64,000 nucleotides of DNA from Balanoglossus misakiensis. Lineage: Eukaryota; Animalia; Hemichordata. Location: contig CM082592.2 of NCBI GenBank assembly GCA_040954595.2, forward strand, positions 8,419,677 to 8,483,676, read 5' to 3'. Under the pieces are notes generated by a model, which had not been told where the DNA came from, ran no database searches, and was given only the letters and a program-made list of their open reading frames with translations. The position numbers and the translations under genes are program-made. Shown here in pieces: positions 1 through 11,395 of this stretch; within the stretch, counting starts at the first letter, position 1, and every line of letters starts with the position of its first letter.

Positions 1-386
1 TCATGGTGACGATTTCTAGAGAAATGGTCGGAAACCACGACAGTAAACACCCTGTTTTCTCGTCTCTTTTTATGTGAAAAGAGCAAAGATTTAATTTGAA
101 AAGAATGGAGGCCCTGGGCTATTATTTTTCTGAAAACCTGTCCCGAGGCGCATAATAAATGGAAATATGCTGATGATCGAAACCGAACGTGACATTCCAA
201 AAGTTGGAACACAAACGGCGATGTTCCATGCCCGTGTTCTGTGGTTTCGCAATATTCTTCCAGACGCTGTTGTTCCACATTGTGCAGGGGGTGTTTCTCG
301 TTGCCCGGCTTCAGAATCGAAGGTATTACCAGAACGATGTCCATCTACACTGGAAGAATATCTCTATCATCTAAAACGACAGAAGA

Positions 387-429
387 ATGTTGTTCTCGAG
401 ATCGACCGCAATCATATTGATCTTTCTAG
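387..429 (+). CDS. Secreted Kazal-domain Gly/Gln-rich protein, coding exon 1 (signal peptide MLFSRSTAIILIFL)
   Basis: ATG at 387 with an in-frame TAA upstream at 372-374. Encodes a hydrophobic signal-like stretch. Ends at donor AG|GTGAGA (430) in phase 1, matching the next exon (G|AT = Asp). Not shown in the ORF track. Confidence 0.8.
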
Positions 430-577
430 GTGAGAAAATATAATCATCTCGCAAATGTTACTACCCAAGTGGTTATAGAGTAAAGTGATTGTGAATGTGA
501 CTGTCAAATGCAAAAAAATTACAGCAGTGAGCTGTGGTAAAAATTTTCTTTGCGTTTTACTTTGTTAGTCTCTGTAG

Positions 578-1490
578 ATTTGTACGGATTCGCACAGTTG
601 GCGGATAATCGACCGGGGTATTCAAAAGGTGGTCAGGGACGAGGCCAACAGAATGGCGGTGGTGTTGGGAGGGGCGGTGGGTACGGCCAGAGACGCCAGG
701 GACAGACCAACGGACAAGGAGGGGGATACGTGAGAGGCGACCCATCCCAGCAGAGACAACAGGGCCCGAGCAACGGACAAGGTGGGGGATATGCGAGAAG
801 CAAGCCATTCCAGCAGGGCCAATCAACAGGTGGTGGGATGACCGTCAACACCGGAGGGCAACCCAACCAACAAAACCAGGGCGGGATGGGTGTCGGAGCC
901 TCGAGACAGGGTGCGGGACAAGGGATGAAAGGCGCAGGAAACCACCGCAGTCAAGGAAAAATGGGAATGATGGGCGGCGCTGGAGGGAACGATCAAAGAA
1001 ACGGTGGGAGAAGCAACCAGCAGAGAGGTTGGGCAGTCGAGGGTGGAGCGACAGACGAACGACGCGGCCGCCCAAGTTTTGGACAGGTCGCCAAGCAACA
1101 GGATTACGGGAGTTATGGCACTATGAGCGTCGCACGGACCGGGAGCCGAGCGAGCCCTGGCGGAGAAGCGGTCGGTGGCCAAGCGGTCGGTAATCCACAG
1201 CCGGACATGTCGATCAGTAATCAAGTGCCTGCGGGTGACGACGCCCAAGGAATGATGAGAGATGGAGCACAGATGAGAAATGTTAGCCAGGGAGGGAACC
1301 CTGGTGGGCAGAAAAATGTCAATTCTCCAAATTTAGCTCATCGATACGACGTTGGTTCCCGTGCCCGCGACAAGGACTACGAAACCATCAAAACATTTCT
1401 GCGCAGACGACCAGACGTTCGACTCCACGACGAACTGCTGGATCGCTTCCACGAGAACGTCGAAGGGTATGATGCCTCCGATAAATATCC
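578..1490 (+). CDS. Secreted Kazal-domain protein, exon 2 (Gly/Gln/Arg-rich low-complexity region with RGD)
   Basis: Pyrimidine-rich acceptor ...tctctgtag at 577, a 913-nt open frame (track ORF 550-1494) and donor GTGAGT at 1491 (phase 2). Confidence 0.9.
708..818 (+). repeat. Coding tandem repeat with 63-bp (21-aa) period, NGQGGGY.R..P.QQ
   Basis: caacggacaaggagggggatacgtgaga at 708 recurs as caacggacaaggtgggggatatgcgaga at 771. Confidence 0.85.
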
Positions 1491-1579
1491 GTGAGTATTA
1501 CGTTTAAATTTAAGTACAGCACATATTTAAAATATATCCTATCCTATCCTGTCATGTCATGTCCTTATTCTTTGAACAG

Positions 1580-1690
1580 GTTCTGCGCCGATTTGCTCCG
1601 CCAGGGGACTTGTTATGACAAAGACACTCCGCCGAGCGAGAGGCGGCCAACCTGTGGGAGCAATGGTCAACTTTTCGAAAGCAGGTGCAG
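1580..1690 (+). CDS. Secreted Kazal-domain protein, exon 3 (first half of Kazal domain 1: FCADLLRQGTCYDKDTPPSERRPTCGSNGQLFESRC)
   Basis: Acceptor ttctttgaacag (1579) and donor AG|GTATGG (1691). Phases are consistent. Contains the Kazal signature C-GSNG-x2-F-x3-C. Confidence 0.9.
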
Positions 1691-2468
1691 GTATGGACGT
1701 ATATGTAAATTTGTTGATGTTTACATTTACACGTGCACTACACGTGCCCAGACTCTTTGTTGTCTTGGGACATTATCTGTGCTGGGCCCGACTCGACCTT
1801 TGGCTGGAGTTTCATTTCTACCTCACACGCTTTCGCCTAAAAGTTTCTTTTCTTTCAACCCACCCCACCTTCTTTGAAGTACCTTGCTGAGTCGGGTGTA
1901 CACTCGGAAATTCCTAATCAATAGAATGACTTCAAATCTACATGTTTCGAGAGAAAAATGACAGAAAACTGTTACTTACGGTAGAAGATGCGTGCAATGG
2001 GGGCTGCAAGCCAGGAGAAAGCGCAACCTTCGATTTTCGACATCATTTTCCATGACCGATAGTTCATGCACATTGTGTAAATGAGGCTGCCAAAATCTCG
2101 GAAATTCCAGTCCATATCGTCACAGTCATGACCTTCACTTTCACTTGGTTGTCGGAAATCGCTCCGGGTCGTCGTCGCCACTACTCTCAGCCATGGTGTT
2201 TGCACGTCAAAGACTGAGTCTCGAATGATGGAAGTGGTGCCCCACTGACCATCTGGCAAATGAACTGGCTGACAACTACCCAATCGTAATGTGCTTGAGA
2301 AGTTGTTTAGCATATACCAAGACCACAGATGTTCTCATAATGTTAGTGTTGTAAGCCGGACAATGTACTCGTGCCGTTCAATATCTGAAAGATTGCACTG
2401 CACTCGTACATTATCCTGTACAAACAATAAAAAACTTCAATTATAAAACAATCTTCTCCTTCACTCAG

Positions 2469-2679
2469 TTATGCGCTGGCCAAATGTCAGAGTCTACAGA
2501 AGGGGGAAGGTGACATGCATCGCGTGAAAGGCCAATACGAAGTAGAGCAGACTTGTTGCTTGTACCCATGTCTGGAGCAAGAGGTTGACCGAGTGTGCGC
2601 CACCAATGGCCATATCTATCTGAATGACTGCTTTCTGGCCAATCGCATTTGTGAGATTCGGCGTGATACGGGGAATGAG
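2469..2679 (+). CDS. Secreted Kazal-domain protein, exon 4 (end of Kazal 1 and most of Kazal 2: ...CCLYPCLEQEVDRVCATNGHIYLNDCFLANRIC...)
   Basis: Acceptor cttctccttcactcag (2468) and donor GAG|GTAAAA (2680). Hand translation gives the Kazal motif VC-ATNG-x2-Y-x-N-x-C-x6-C. Absent from the ORF track. Confidence 0.9.
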
Positions 2680-2828
2680 GTAAAATAAGATATTTTATAA
2701 TTTCAATAATACAATGCGTAAGGGTCGAAATAAGAAAGCCTTGTTATTCAGGCATTTTTTATTTCCAAGTTGATCATATTTTGCTGCGTTCTAACTCTTT
2801 CTATTGGTCTTCACGTCAACTTCACCAG

Positions 2829-3371
2829 GTGGTAGAAGCTCTCTCGATGGCTGACTGTGCGGTGGCGCTAAAGATTGCTGAACTGAACGGCAAAGATTGG
2901 CCGCGGAAAGTCGTCGACGGCGTTGTTATCGATCACGTGGCGCCGACTGTCGTCGACCAATTTCTGACGGACGAGAAGGCCATAGAGGGCGTCAAGCCTC
3001 CGTATCACGTGGTCTGGAATATGAGCAACTACGATCCGAGTATCTTGGACACGGATACGGCGTCACACGCGGGTTACGAGTACAGTTACCACGGCGAGAC
3101 GAGTGATATGTACGCCGCTGCCGGCGGTGAGGGTGACGACTATATCCCCCTTGACTACGAGTATCAGTACGCGTACGGATTGCCGGCGGACGGAGGTGGT
3201 CAAGGCGCCCAGGAAGCAGAGGGTGGCGATTTATACGGGTTCTACGACGGCGGTGAAATGCCGATAGGAGGCGAACGGATGCAAACTCTCCCGCCGATGG
3301 GGGCGGCAGTGGAGCCCTTAGCTGAACAACCGGGGCCAGACTATGAAGGGGAAAACTCCGTGTTATATTAA
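2829..3371 (+). CDS. Secreted Kazal-domain protein, terminal exon 5 (last Kazal Cys, acidic Tyr/Gly-rich tail)
   Basis: Acceptor cttcaccag (2828), phase 0, in frame with track ORF 2781-3371, stop TAA at 3369-3371. The five exons sum to 1821 nt (606 aa plus stop). Confidence 0.88.
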   Translation: MVEALSMADCAVALKIAELNGKDWPRKVVDGVVIDHVAPTVVDQFLTDEKAIEGVKPPYHVVWNMSNYDPSILDTDTASHAGYEYSYHGETSDMYAAAGGEGDDYIPLDYEYQYAYGLPADGGGQGAQEAEGGDLYGFYDGGEMPIGGERMQTLPPMGAAVEPLAEQPGPDYEGENSVLY

Positions 3372-3459
3372 TGACAAGGATCATCCAGCATTCGGTTTAT
3401 GCAGTTCCCAAAATTTTGACCTGCCAAAAAATTGTCTGTAACAAGAATGCTAGAAAAGG

Positions 3460-3465
3460 AATAAA
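3460..3465 (+). terminator. Polyadenylation signal AATAAA of the Kazal gene
   Basis: First AATAAA after the stop, about 90 nt downstream. Confidence 0.65.
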
Positions 3466-6400
3466 ATCAGCCACTGTACATATATACTAAAACAACGTGC
3501 TGCTTACAATATCTTACAACATCCACAGAAACGGGCCACGTGACGTAGGAAAAAAAACAAAAGTACCGCAGAACGAACCAGTGGCGACGCAAATCGCTGG
3601 GGGGGGGGGGCAGGCACGTTGTCTAACTTTAATAATGGTGTAATTAAATGGTTAGTCCATTAAGAAAGTTTTGAAAACTAATAAAGCGAACGTGTGAAAA
3701 CGAGGCACCGACTTTACAGCAAAGTGCCAACCGATTGTAGTGAGCGGAGAGAGGCATTCGTAGCGACAGATGGTAGGGCGGAACCTTGGTTAAATATTTC
3801 ATCAGGTCTCAGAGAGGGATCCATAACTCTATGTGCCATGTCGCGGTACAGTAGCAATTACTCAATGACTCGTACACGTCGCCGCTGAACTGAAATTTAT
3901 CGGTGGGGTGACAAAAAAACGAGTTTTTCGAATCAGACAACGCATTAACGGTAATTTGATTGCTTGTTGTTAAATGGACCAGTTTTCTCATTCTCCCCCC
4001 CCCCCCCCAAAAATGAATTCTTGACTGGGCAGTTCAGTTTGTAACTCGACATTGCAATTTTTTACGAATGCGGTCAGAAATTTCGTTTCTCTGGGGTATA
4101 CTTAGAATTAGGGGTCGGAAAGTGCAACCGATAGTTTTAACAGGCAAATCTGTTCAATTTTTAAAGGGTGGCGTAGTTTCTCACGAGACATGCGCAGCGT
4201 GGTTAATGCGATGGCGATATTCGTCGAGAAAACATGTAGGGCCTATCCTAATTTATTATAGAAATAACTTTTTGAGCTAAAAACACATTATGAAACACTG
4301 TGGATTTGGATAGCGTGTAATACGTGCGTTGAACTTACAGCTGTATGGAGCCAAAGTGATTCGTAGAAAGTTTATTTTCTGAAAAGTAATTTTCCACAGT
4401 TCTTGCGCATAGACAGATGAGGAACAACACGCGAATGCATACAGCATGCCGTATCAGCAGACACTCGTTATTTCAATGACTCATTTGAATTATTTAGTGT
4501 TAAACAAGGGCCGCTGATTCAACGCTGTATATCTTCCGGGCGCAATTTACCCGGCAATTTACCAATATCTCTAAATTCATACTATTTGTTAGACAATAGT
4601 TTACTGCGTCGCCTGAAGCCAGTGGTGTCTCGTCTGACAGCGAATATTTCAACTCTCTTGGTGTGTGCACCCGCCGAGTGCATCAAGTCAAGTTTTTACT
4701 ATTTTAATTTGCATAACTGCGCAGAGGTCAGTTAGGCGCTCTCTCCTTTGTTGATACCAGAATGCCGTGTGGTTTGTGCAAACTAGATTGACATGAATTT
4801 CGGATAGAGCTGCCAATTTAGAAATTCTCACCTATTTCCATGTCATATCCCCAGTATAGGAAAGGACGTGAATGCAGACGGACTTATCATATTCAATTTG
4901 ATGCAATGTTATGACAACGCGATTGTCTGTTCGATTCCAGTACGTCTGAAATGTTTTTTTTTTATTTCCAGAGATAATGAAATAATGTACTAATTTAAAA
5001 TGTCAAAGATTAGGATTATGTTGATTTTCACAGACAATAGCGAACTCGGTCCCTTGAGATATTGATGTGAGTGTGGTATTTCGGTCTGACAGCTGCCAGG
5101 GCTGGTATGGACTAATCGTATACGGCCTCCTTTTTGTTGGGCGCGGAAACAAGTCATTCTCCATGATATATAAAGGTCTGTACATTTGGACCGTTTTTAG
5201 CGATTTTCTCTGCGGGGTTCACTATAGCGCGACACATTTTCGAGCGTCATTTCCAACCACTGTGGAAACTTTTCACACCGCGTCAAACTTTGGCGCTGTG
5301 CCAATTTCGCGGAGAAACACTTTCATCTCGGCCGTGTTTCATCATTTAGTCTATTGTGAATTTCTTCGCCCGCGGCAATCATTTCAACCTCCCCAGACGA
5401 GTGCTTCGCGGAGCTGATGAGATACACGATTCTCTGTGTTTTTTTCATTGAAGAGGGTCCTCCTACGGCGCTGTTTGGATGGGGTGAATGACTAATGCCT
5501 TGTGTTGAGTTGAATTGAATTCAATAGTGATGGGTTTGATGAAACGGACGCCGGATGCCGCTATACCAACTCCCCATAGCTCGCACGTTTTGTTCTTAAT
5601 AAGTTAACATTTGCTTTTAGGGCCACCGTTCTGGAGTATGTCAAGCGCTTTCAACAGCGTATATTCACGTTATTGGTCTTCTGTATTGCGACATGGGGCA
5701 CTTATCTTTAATTGCGAGCCCCCCTCCCCCACAAAAACAGTTCACTAAACCCCCATACAACATCACTCTAAACCCCTTCATGGTGCGATGGTGAATTTAA
5801 TTTTGGAAGTTGGGTCTCAAGTTGGCTTTACTTACTATTCATGCCGATTTTTGAACGAGCTCGGTTCCCTGCCTTTGCCGCTGAGGGCATACTTTACTGA
5901 TGGGTGAGATGAGTCATTCTGATCATGAACAGTACATGCGCGAGTTTGATTTCATTTACTGGTAACGTCCACATATTGAAAATGTCTAACCTTCTCGATC
6001 CAAAATTATTCTGAAGGAAAGACACTAATACGGAAGACTTAATCAAATGTGTCGTCCCAGGTTTTTTTTTCTCTGTTTCTGCGCGACAGAATCATTCAGG
6101 GTATCTGATAAATTGGCCATTTTAAATTTGCATAACAATGAGCCCTGGAGGAAAGTAATGAAATGATGTGAGCAAATATAATAATGAAAGGCCCTCTCCT
6201 GTAATGCACGCATGTAATGACTTTCTTTTTTTGCCACCTGAGTACATTCAACAAATCTTTATCAAAACCTATGGGCGTAGAACTTGGATAAAATTGTAAT
6301 TACAACACTTGTTTCTGCTGTAAAACACTGGGGGCGGGGGCATTTGAATGTACACATTGAAAAGAGTCCCCTGTCTCCCTTGTCCAAAACTACATGCAAG

Positions 6401-6718
6401 GAACGGATAAAGCACGGCGCATTCGACCCTAACAAGGAAAAAACTGAGAGCTGTAAATTTATTGAATCATTCAATCCAGACGACAGCGAGCTAGACTTTC
6501 CAAGCTAGCTGTGGCGCCGAATCCGTTTGGATAAAAAGAGTATCCAGTATTTACAATTATTAAATCATATCGGGCAATTTGAAATATTGAATGGCGCGCC
6601 CTACTCAATGAAACGATTCGTCATTGGAACCGCGATCGCTTCTTGCTAGGAAATGCGCCACCTATTGGAATAAAGCTCCGTCAAGAAGTAAAAGAATCTC
6701 TTCAGCCACATACATTCA

Positions 6719-6785
6719 CTGACAGACAAACCGATTGACTGACTGACTGACTGACTGATGGACGGATGGATGGATGGATTGACGG
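6719..6785. repeat. Compound tetranucleotide microsatellite (TGAC)n-(GGAT)n
   Basis: tgactgactgactgactgactgatggacggatggatggatggattgacgg is read directly. Confidence 0.9.
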
Positions 6786-8570
6786 GCTTTCTGGTCGATT
6801 TTAGACACTTCTTTCAACCAACGATCCCTCGCCGAGTGAAGCATCAACTTCCTTCTCGACCCAAACGTTGCATGCCCCAGTCGATGACGAAAGGCGGCGA
6901 AAGATGAAAGGGCCCCGCCGCTTCCTCGCATAAATTCACTCGATCACCAGTTCATGCCATTTCCCCAGATTTTCGGGTCGAGCTCGCAAAAAAAGCTGTT
7001 GGCGAACGGATATTAGTGTAGACAGTTTGCGCCCGGGGAGAGGGGCGCTAACGGGCTCTGAAGGGGACACCGATACTCCAATTTGGCGCTGAGATAGTTG
7101 CGTCAATTGGGCACGAACTCGTGATAAACATCAAACGAGGGTCCATTCGTTAAGTGTTCGCCTTGTACGGTGAAGAATGGATCTTGACATCACCATATTA
7201 CCCACCGCAACCATGTGCGACATTAAGAACACGACGATTATCTTTCCGCAATAAACTCACGCGTCGGCGAGAGTACACGTGTTTGGAAATCTTCATTAAC
7301 TTTAATGTAGTGAACTCCTTTTTACGCCAAACCCGATACAATGCAATCGAAAGCAAAGTGTTCAGCAAATATCGCAAACATCGCGGCGGCTTTCTCTGAC
7401 AGTCTGGCTGACATTTTCAAAGGAGTAAACCGCGCTCGCGTTTCATTTCCTGGCCATCACGAATTCTTCAAATGGAGCATGTTCAAATTAACGGCGAAGA
7501 CTGGCCTCAATTGCGAGTTGCTTGTGTTCAACTCTCTGGCGTCATTCGGAATCGGAGGTGTGACTTGCGAACGGTGTGTTACAGGTGTCGGCGGAGAGAC
7601 AAAGACTGGGCCGATCATTGCAAGAAATTCAGATTAGCTTTAAGAGCGCTTGCTTTCATGTTCCGAAGTTTAAATATCAATCGTTTTAGGCCTACTTTTA
7701 TCTCATCCATTTTCAGAAGTAAGAGAGCTTTAGATCACCCACCCTTCCTCTGTGCATGAATGGGAAAATGCCAGACAGTGATCCTTTTCAAGACTGGTTC
7801 ATTTATTACGTTTCAGTACGAACTTCGGGACCCCGATCTCATCAGCGTCTGTAATGAGAGCATCGCCGCGGGCGTGAGAGGAGAAACCGACATCGAAATG
7901 TTGATCTTGCAACATCCCTTTAATTTGCCCGGGATATTGGCATTACATATCGTGACCTTGCAGAAGGGACGAATCGTCGCTGAATCCGGGAATCGATAGC
8001 GCAGGTGTGCGTGGGTCTGAGACGCAGAACGATTAGACCGTGAGCCGTAGATTTTACGACCTGTAGCCCCAAACATCCGGGTATTTTCCCCCAGGGCAAG
8101 TGTCGTGAAGAGCACGACCTATGCGGCCATTTTGAATCAGCCAAAATCGGATCCCAAACAAACGTTGAAAAAATGTGCGCATCCCCACTGAATCATAAAA
8201 CGTCGATGCAAGCCTAGAAAAAAAATATCCTTGACGGGAATCTCGATAACATTTTCAGATGCGTCATCTGTATCGTTATGGAGAAAAACACCATCTATCT
8301 TTAGGGATCGAAGTAGGTCTAATGATCGTAAAAATGTAATTTGCAGAGGAAAGATTACCCTTGGATCCGTAGAATTTCTCATGAATAAATTTAAAGTCAA
8401 ATTGAACAGTCGCCGTACCTCACCATTCAACGAACATATTACTGGTAATAGCATCAATATGAAAAAAAGAAGAAAAAACGGCTGATCACGAAAGTGAGCT
8501 TTTAAAAACTTAAATCATCGTCTCGGTGGACCTATCTTGCGAGCACAGAAAGCAGATATTTTAGTCTACC

Positions 8571-8670
8571 GTCACGTGATAGGCATTATGACGTCACATG
8601 TGCGCCATAGTCGCCGTGACGCGGCTTTCCGAGATGCCATCGAGTCTGGGCACACTTTCATTTATAAGTG
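8571..8670. promoter_or_regulatory. Promoter/enhancer-like motif cluster: E-box GTCACGTGAT, CRE TGACGTCA, TATA-like TTTATAAG
   Basis: GTCACGTGAT at 8571-8580, TGACGTCA at 8589-8596 and TTTATAAG at 8661-8668, in CpG-rich context. No transcript evidence. Confidence 0.35.
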
Positions 8671-10930
8671 AGAAATTGCGTTTACTCGTATTTATTACTA
8701 GTAGATCATATGAATGCGTACTCAAGTAGAATTAATGATTCATTTGGGTGCTTTTTAGGTGAGGTCATGTGGCTGAATGAATGGCAACTGTTATATTTTA
8801 GACACTCCAACAGTGGCAATGACCGATATTAAGGAACATACATTTTCTATCAGGAATCAGTGAAAATAATTCAAGTGTACACACTGCATGCACTGGGCAG
8901 CAAAAATGATCCCATATGCTTTTTAGGGGATAACACTTCCATGAATGATGGCAGGTTTTTATCAGTATAAAAACAGCGTGCCATGCTACCATGGAAACAA
9001 GACGATGTATGCTATTATAATTAGTCGGCAGAGAATATACGCCGATCCTATTGTTTTCGATTCAGAGAAGTTGAATTTTTATTTTAACCGATTACAACAT
9101 ACTGAATAGGCCCTGGAGAGGTGATGGTTTTAAAAATGATTAAACATAGCATTTTCGATAGACATCTTGTTGTAAAAAATGACGGCTTTAGTGTTACTTC
9201 TTGTGGCAACCTCCTAGAGTGTACTTGAGGCAATGTTTCTATGTCAGCGAAGCTTTATCGGGGATTACGCGGCACTTCTGTGTATAGACTGCGCAGGTAT
9301 TGAACGCGGTCTTTAAGCCGTGCCACTTTCTGCAATCGTCGTCGACCATCATTGACGGCCGGCGGAGTCGATAGTTTCGAGACGTGTCAAAAGGACACCA
9401 CTGCCGCGGAGATTAATTGATCTTCACGTGAGAAGTATTTCATTAACGCGGAATTCACACATTTCGGCGCCAAATTCGGGGAGATTTATAGACCCCCGGG
9501 GGCACTTCCAACGATTTTGATGCATTAGCGACTCCAAGAGCATCCTCCGCGTTTTTCATTTTTTTTTCCTCGCCTCAGTTCCGCCTTTCGGGCGATTCGA
9601 AACATGTAGAGATTTTATGGCTTTGGTAGGCCTATACGCCTCTGTGTGTTCCGTGGGCAGGTGTAAATTAAGTGATTACTCTAATGAATGGCCGCAGGTA
9701 CTGTGCGCTCTTCCCGTCTACCGGGCTCCCCGCATACCCTATCATTTTATTTCCAGGACATTCCGTGAAAATCTCTTGTTTCGCAGATGCTCCATCGCGA
9801 TCGCTGCGTTTGTTCGTTGTTCACGTTTATCCCGAAATATATCTAAACCCAGAACCACATTAATTGATTAAACAATTAATTAATTATATGCCCCCACCCT
9901 TAAATACATTAACCGTCTTCGATTATTGAAAGTTACATGGTCACATTACTATTATGTACAGGTTGCCACGTAAGCCAAGTCCCAGTAGCCAAGTACGTGT
10001 CGAACCATTTCTAAGTGCCAGATGAGATCCCCGAAAACTTTCTACTCGAGAACCAGCACAGTATAGGTCCAGAACAATTCTCTACTCTCCAAATATTGTG
10101 GGGAAGATACGTAAACGAGAAATTTCCCCACAGTGGCCGTGATTGTCAATTTCATCAAAATGGCTATACAATTTCTGTATCGGTATAATTCATTTCTTTC
10201 AGACGCTATTGCACAGTTGTTAGTACACGCACATTACAGTCACCAAAGGACAGGGTCAGAATACTTGAATATCGCATGAAAGTACCCAAATTACTCGACT
10301 CCTGTTGACCCGATGTCGTCTGTGCGTTAGACAGGCTCCGCCAGAACTGGCTGCCGAAATTTTTACAGTCATCGCAAGTGACAGATTCATTCTCTTTCTG
10401 AATTTAATTTGCGCCGAACGAATCATTGCGAAGCGAATGCATGGAAATAAACACTCGTTGTAAAACTACACGTGGCGCTAGGATTTAACAAGATTTTAAT
10501 TTTTTCAACAGCGCCGCAATCTCTGGGGAAAGTACATTTGTACAGTTAAAATATGAGCTATTTTCCCCGATGTTATCGCTTGTAAAAGGCTTTATCTGCG
10601 TTTACGTCCAGCTCTTCTCTTAGTGACAGGCGTGGGCTGATGGTTCCAAATTAAACATTTTCCCCACTGGCAGTCTTCCGTCCTGCTCCTGCAAAACACA
10701 TAGGAGCCAAGTCCTTCCACACACACAGCAAGTGTGACTGAACTGCCAAGACAACCGTCGCGCTGTTCAAGTTAAGGTGTGGTTGCCGGGCAACGACCAT
10801 TAACAGCTACCAGTCTACCCTAGACACCATACGCTCCTTCCCACGCGCTTGCAAATAGCACATTAGACGCATTTGTGTAAATTCGATCATGAACTTCACT
10901 TGGAATTTGAAAGAAGGCGCCGTAAAGTAT

Positions 10931-11395
10931 TTAGCGGCTACGTGTTTTGGGAATTTTTCCTAACGCCAGGGGCATGAACACCTTTTTAAAGATAATGCAA
11001 AGAGTTCGATGGTGCACGGGAAAATATGTTTGCCCACCAGAGCAATTTTCCAACCCCGTACAACTAGAATTGCAGCTAGGAAAAAGGATGCGTGTCCATC
11101 CTAAATTTTTTACTGTTTCGCATTTGCTAAATCCCTCGGCTCCACTTCGAAACGCAGAACCGAAGATTAGGTCACGTGGTTCTGGCCAATACTGAGTTCC
11201 ACATTTTGCAAAAAGTTTCCAAGTCCGCGTTGGATCAACCTTGCTCCGTTTACGCGGCGATGGCGATGACTCATGCTCGGCGCGGCGGAGAGATTCACAT
11301 ACGAGTGGTCCCAGTGATACCCAACAAGGTTGCTCGACGGGCGGCTCGAAATAAGACACCGTCGTCATGACAGCTGGTCCCTGATCCATCACCAT
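10931..11395 (-). CDS. Possible orphan single-exon ORF (154 aa from ATG 11395) with an NLS-like RR...SPSPRKRSKV segment
   Basis: Open frame with ccccATGG start in a CpG-rich region. No recognisable domain, so it may be a chance ORF. Confidence 0.2.
   Translation of the reverse strand: MVMDQGPAVMTTVSYFEPPVEQPCWVSLGPLVCESLRRAEHESSPSPRKRSKVDPTRTWKLFAKCGTQYWPEPRDLIFGSAFRSGAEGFSKCETVKNLGWTRILFPSCNSSCTGLENCSGGQTYFPVHHRTLCIIFKKVFMPLALGKIPKTRSR

Noticed and set aside
167-433. Track ORF of 88 aa as the first exon of the Kazal gene
   Set aside because: It reaches the 430 donor in phase 2, which hits a stop shortly after splicing to 578. Only the ATG-387 frame joins correctly.
557-1248. Several - strand ORFs overlapping exon 2, and 2992-3384 opposite exon 5
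   Set aside because: Antisense shadows of GC-rich coding exons.
1685-1691. Tandem in-frame alternative donor (GTGCAG at 1685) that would delete a Kazal cysteine
   Set aside because: Weak donor consensus. GTATGG at 1691 is better and preserves the domain. No transcript evidence.
3228-3242. Pentapeptide DLYGF present both near the N-terminus and in the C-terminal tail
   Set aside because: Too short, and the N-terminal copy lies in the predicted signal peptide. Probably coincidence.
7811-7850. CTGATGA...GAAA on the - strand suggesting a hammerhead ribozyme
   Set aside because: Stem II does not close next to GAAA and no matching stems I and III were found.
9809-9830. TTTGTTCGTT, resembling the miR-375 5' end (also seed-only matches to miR-281 at 15372 and miR-2011 at about 11425)
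   Set aside because: Only the seed region matches and no pre-miRNA hairpin is evident.
11170-11240. PTRTWKLFAKCG in the orphan ORF resembling the first strand of an FGF core
   Set aside because: Following residues do not continue the FGF pattern, there is no signal peptide, and no further FGF exons were found.
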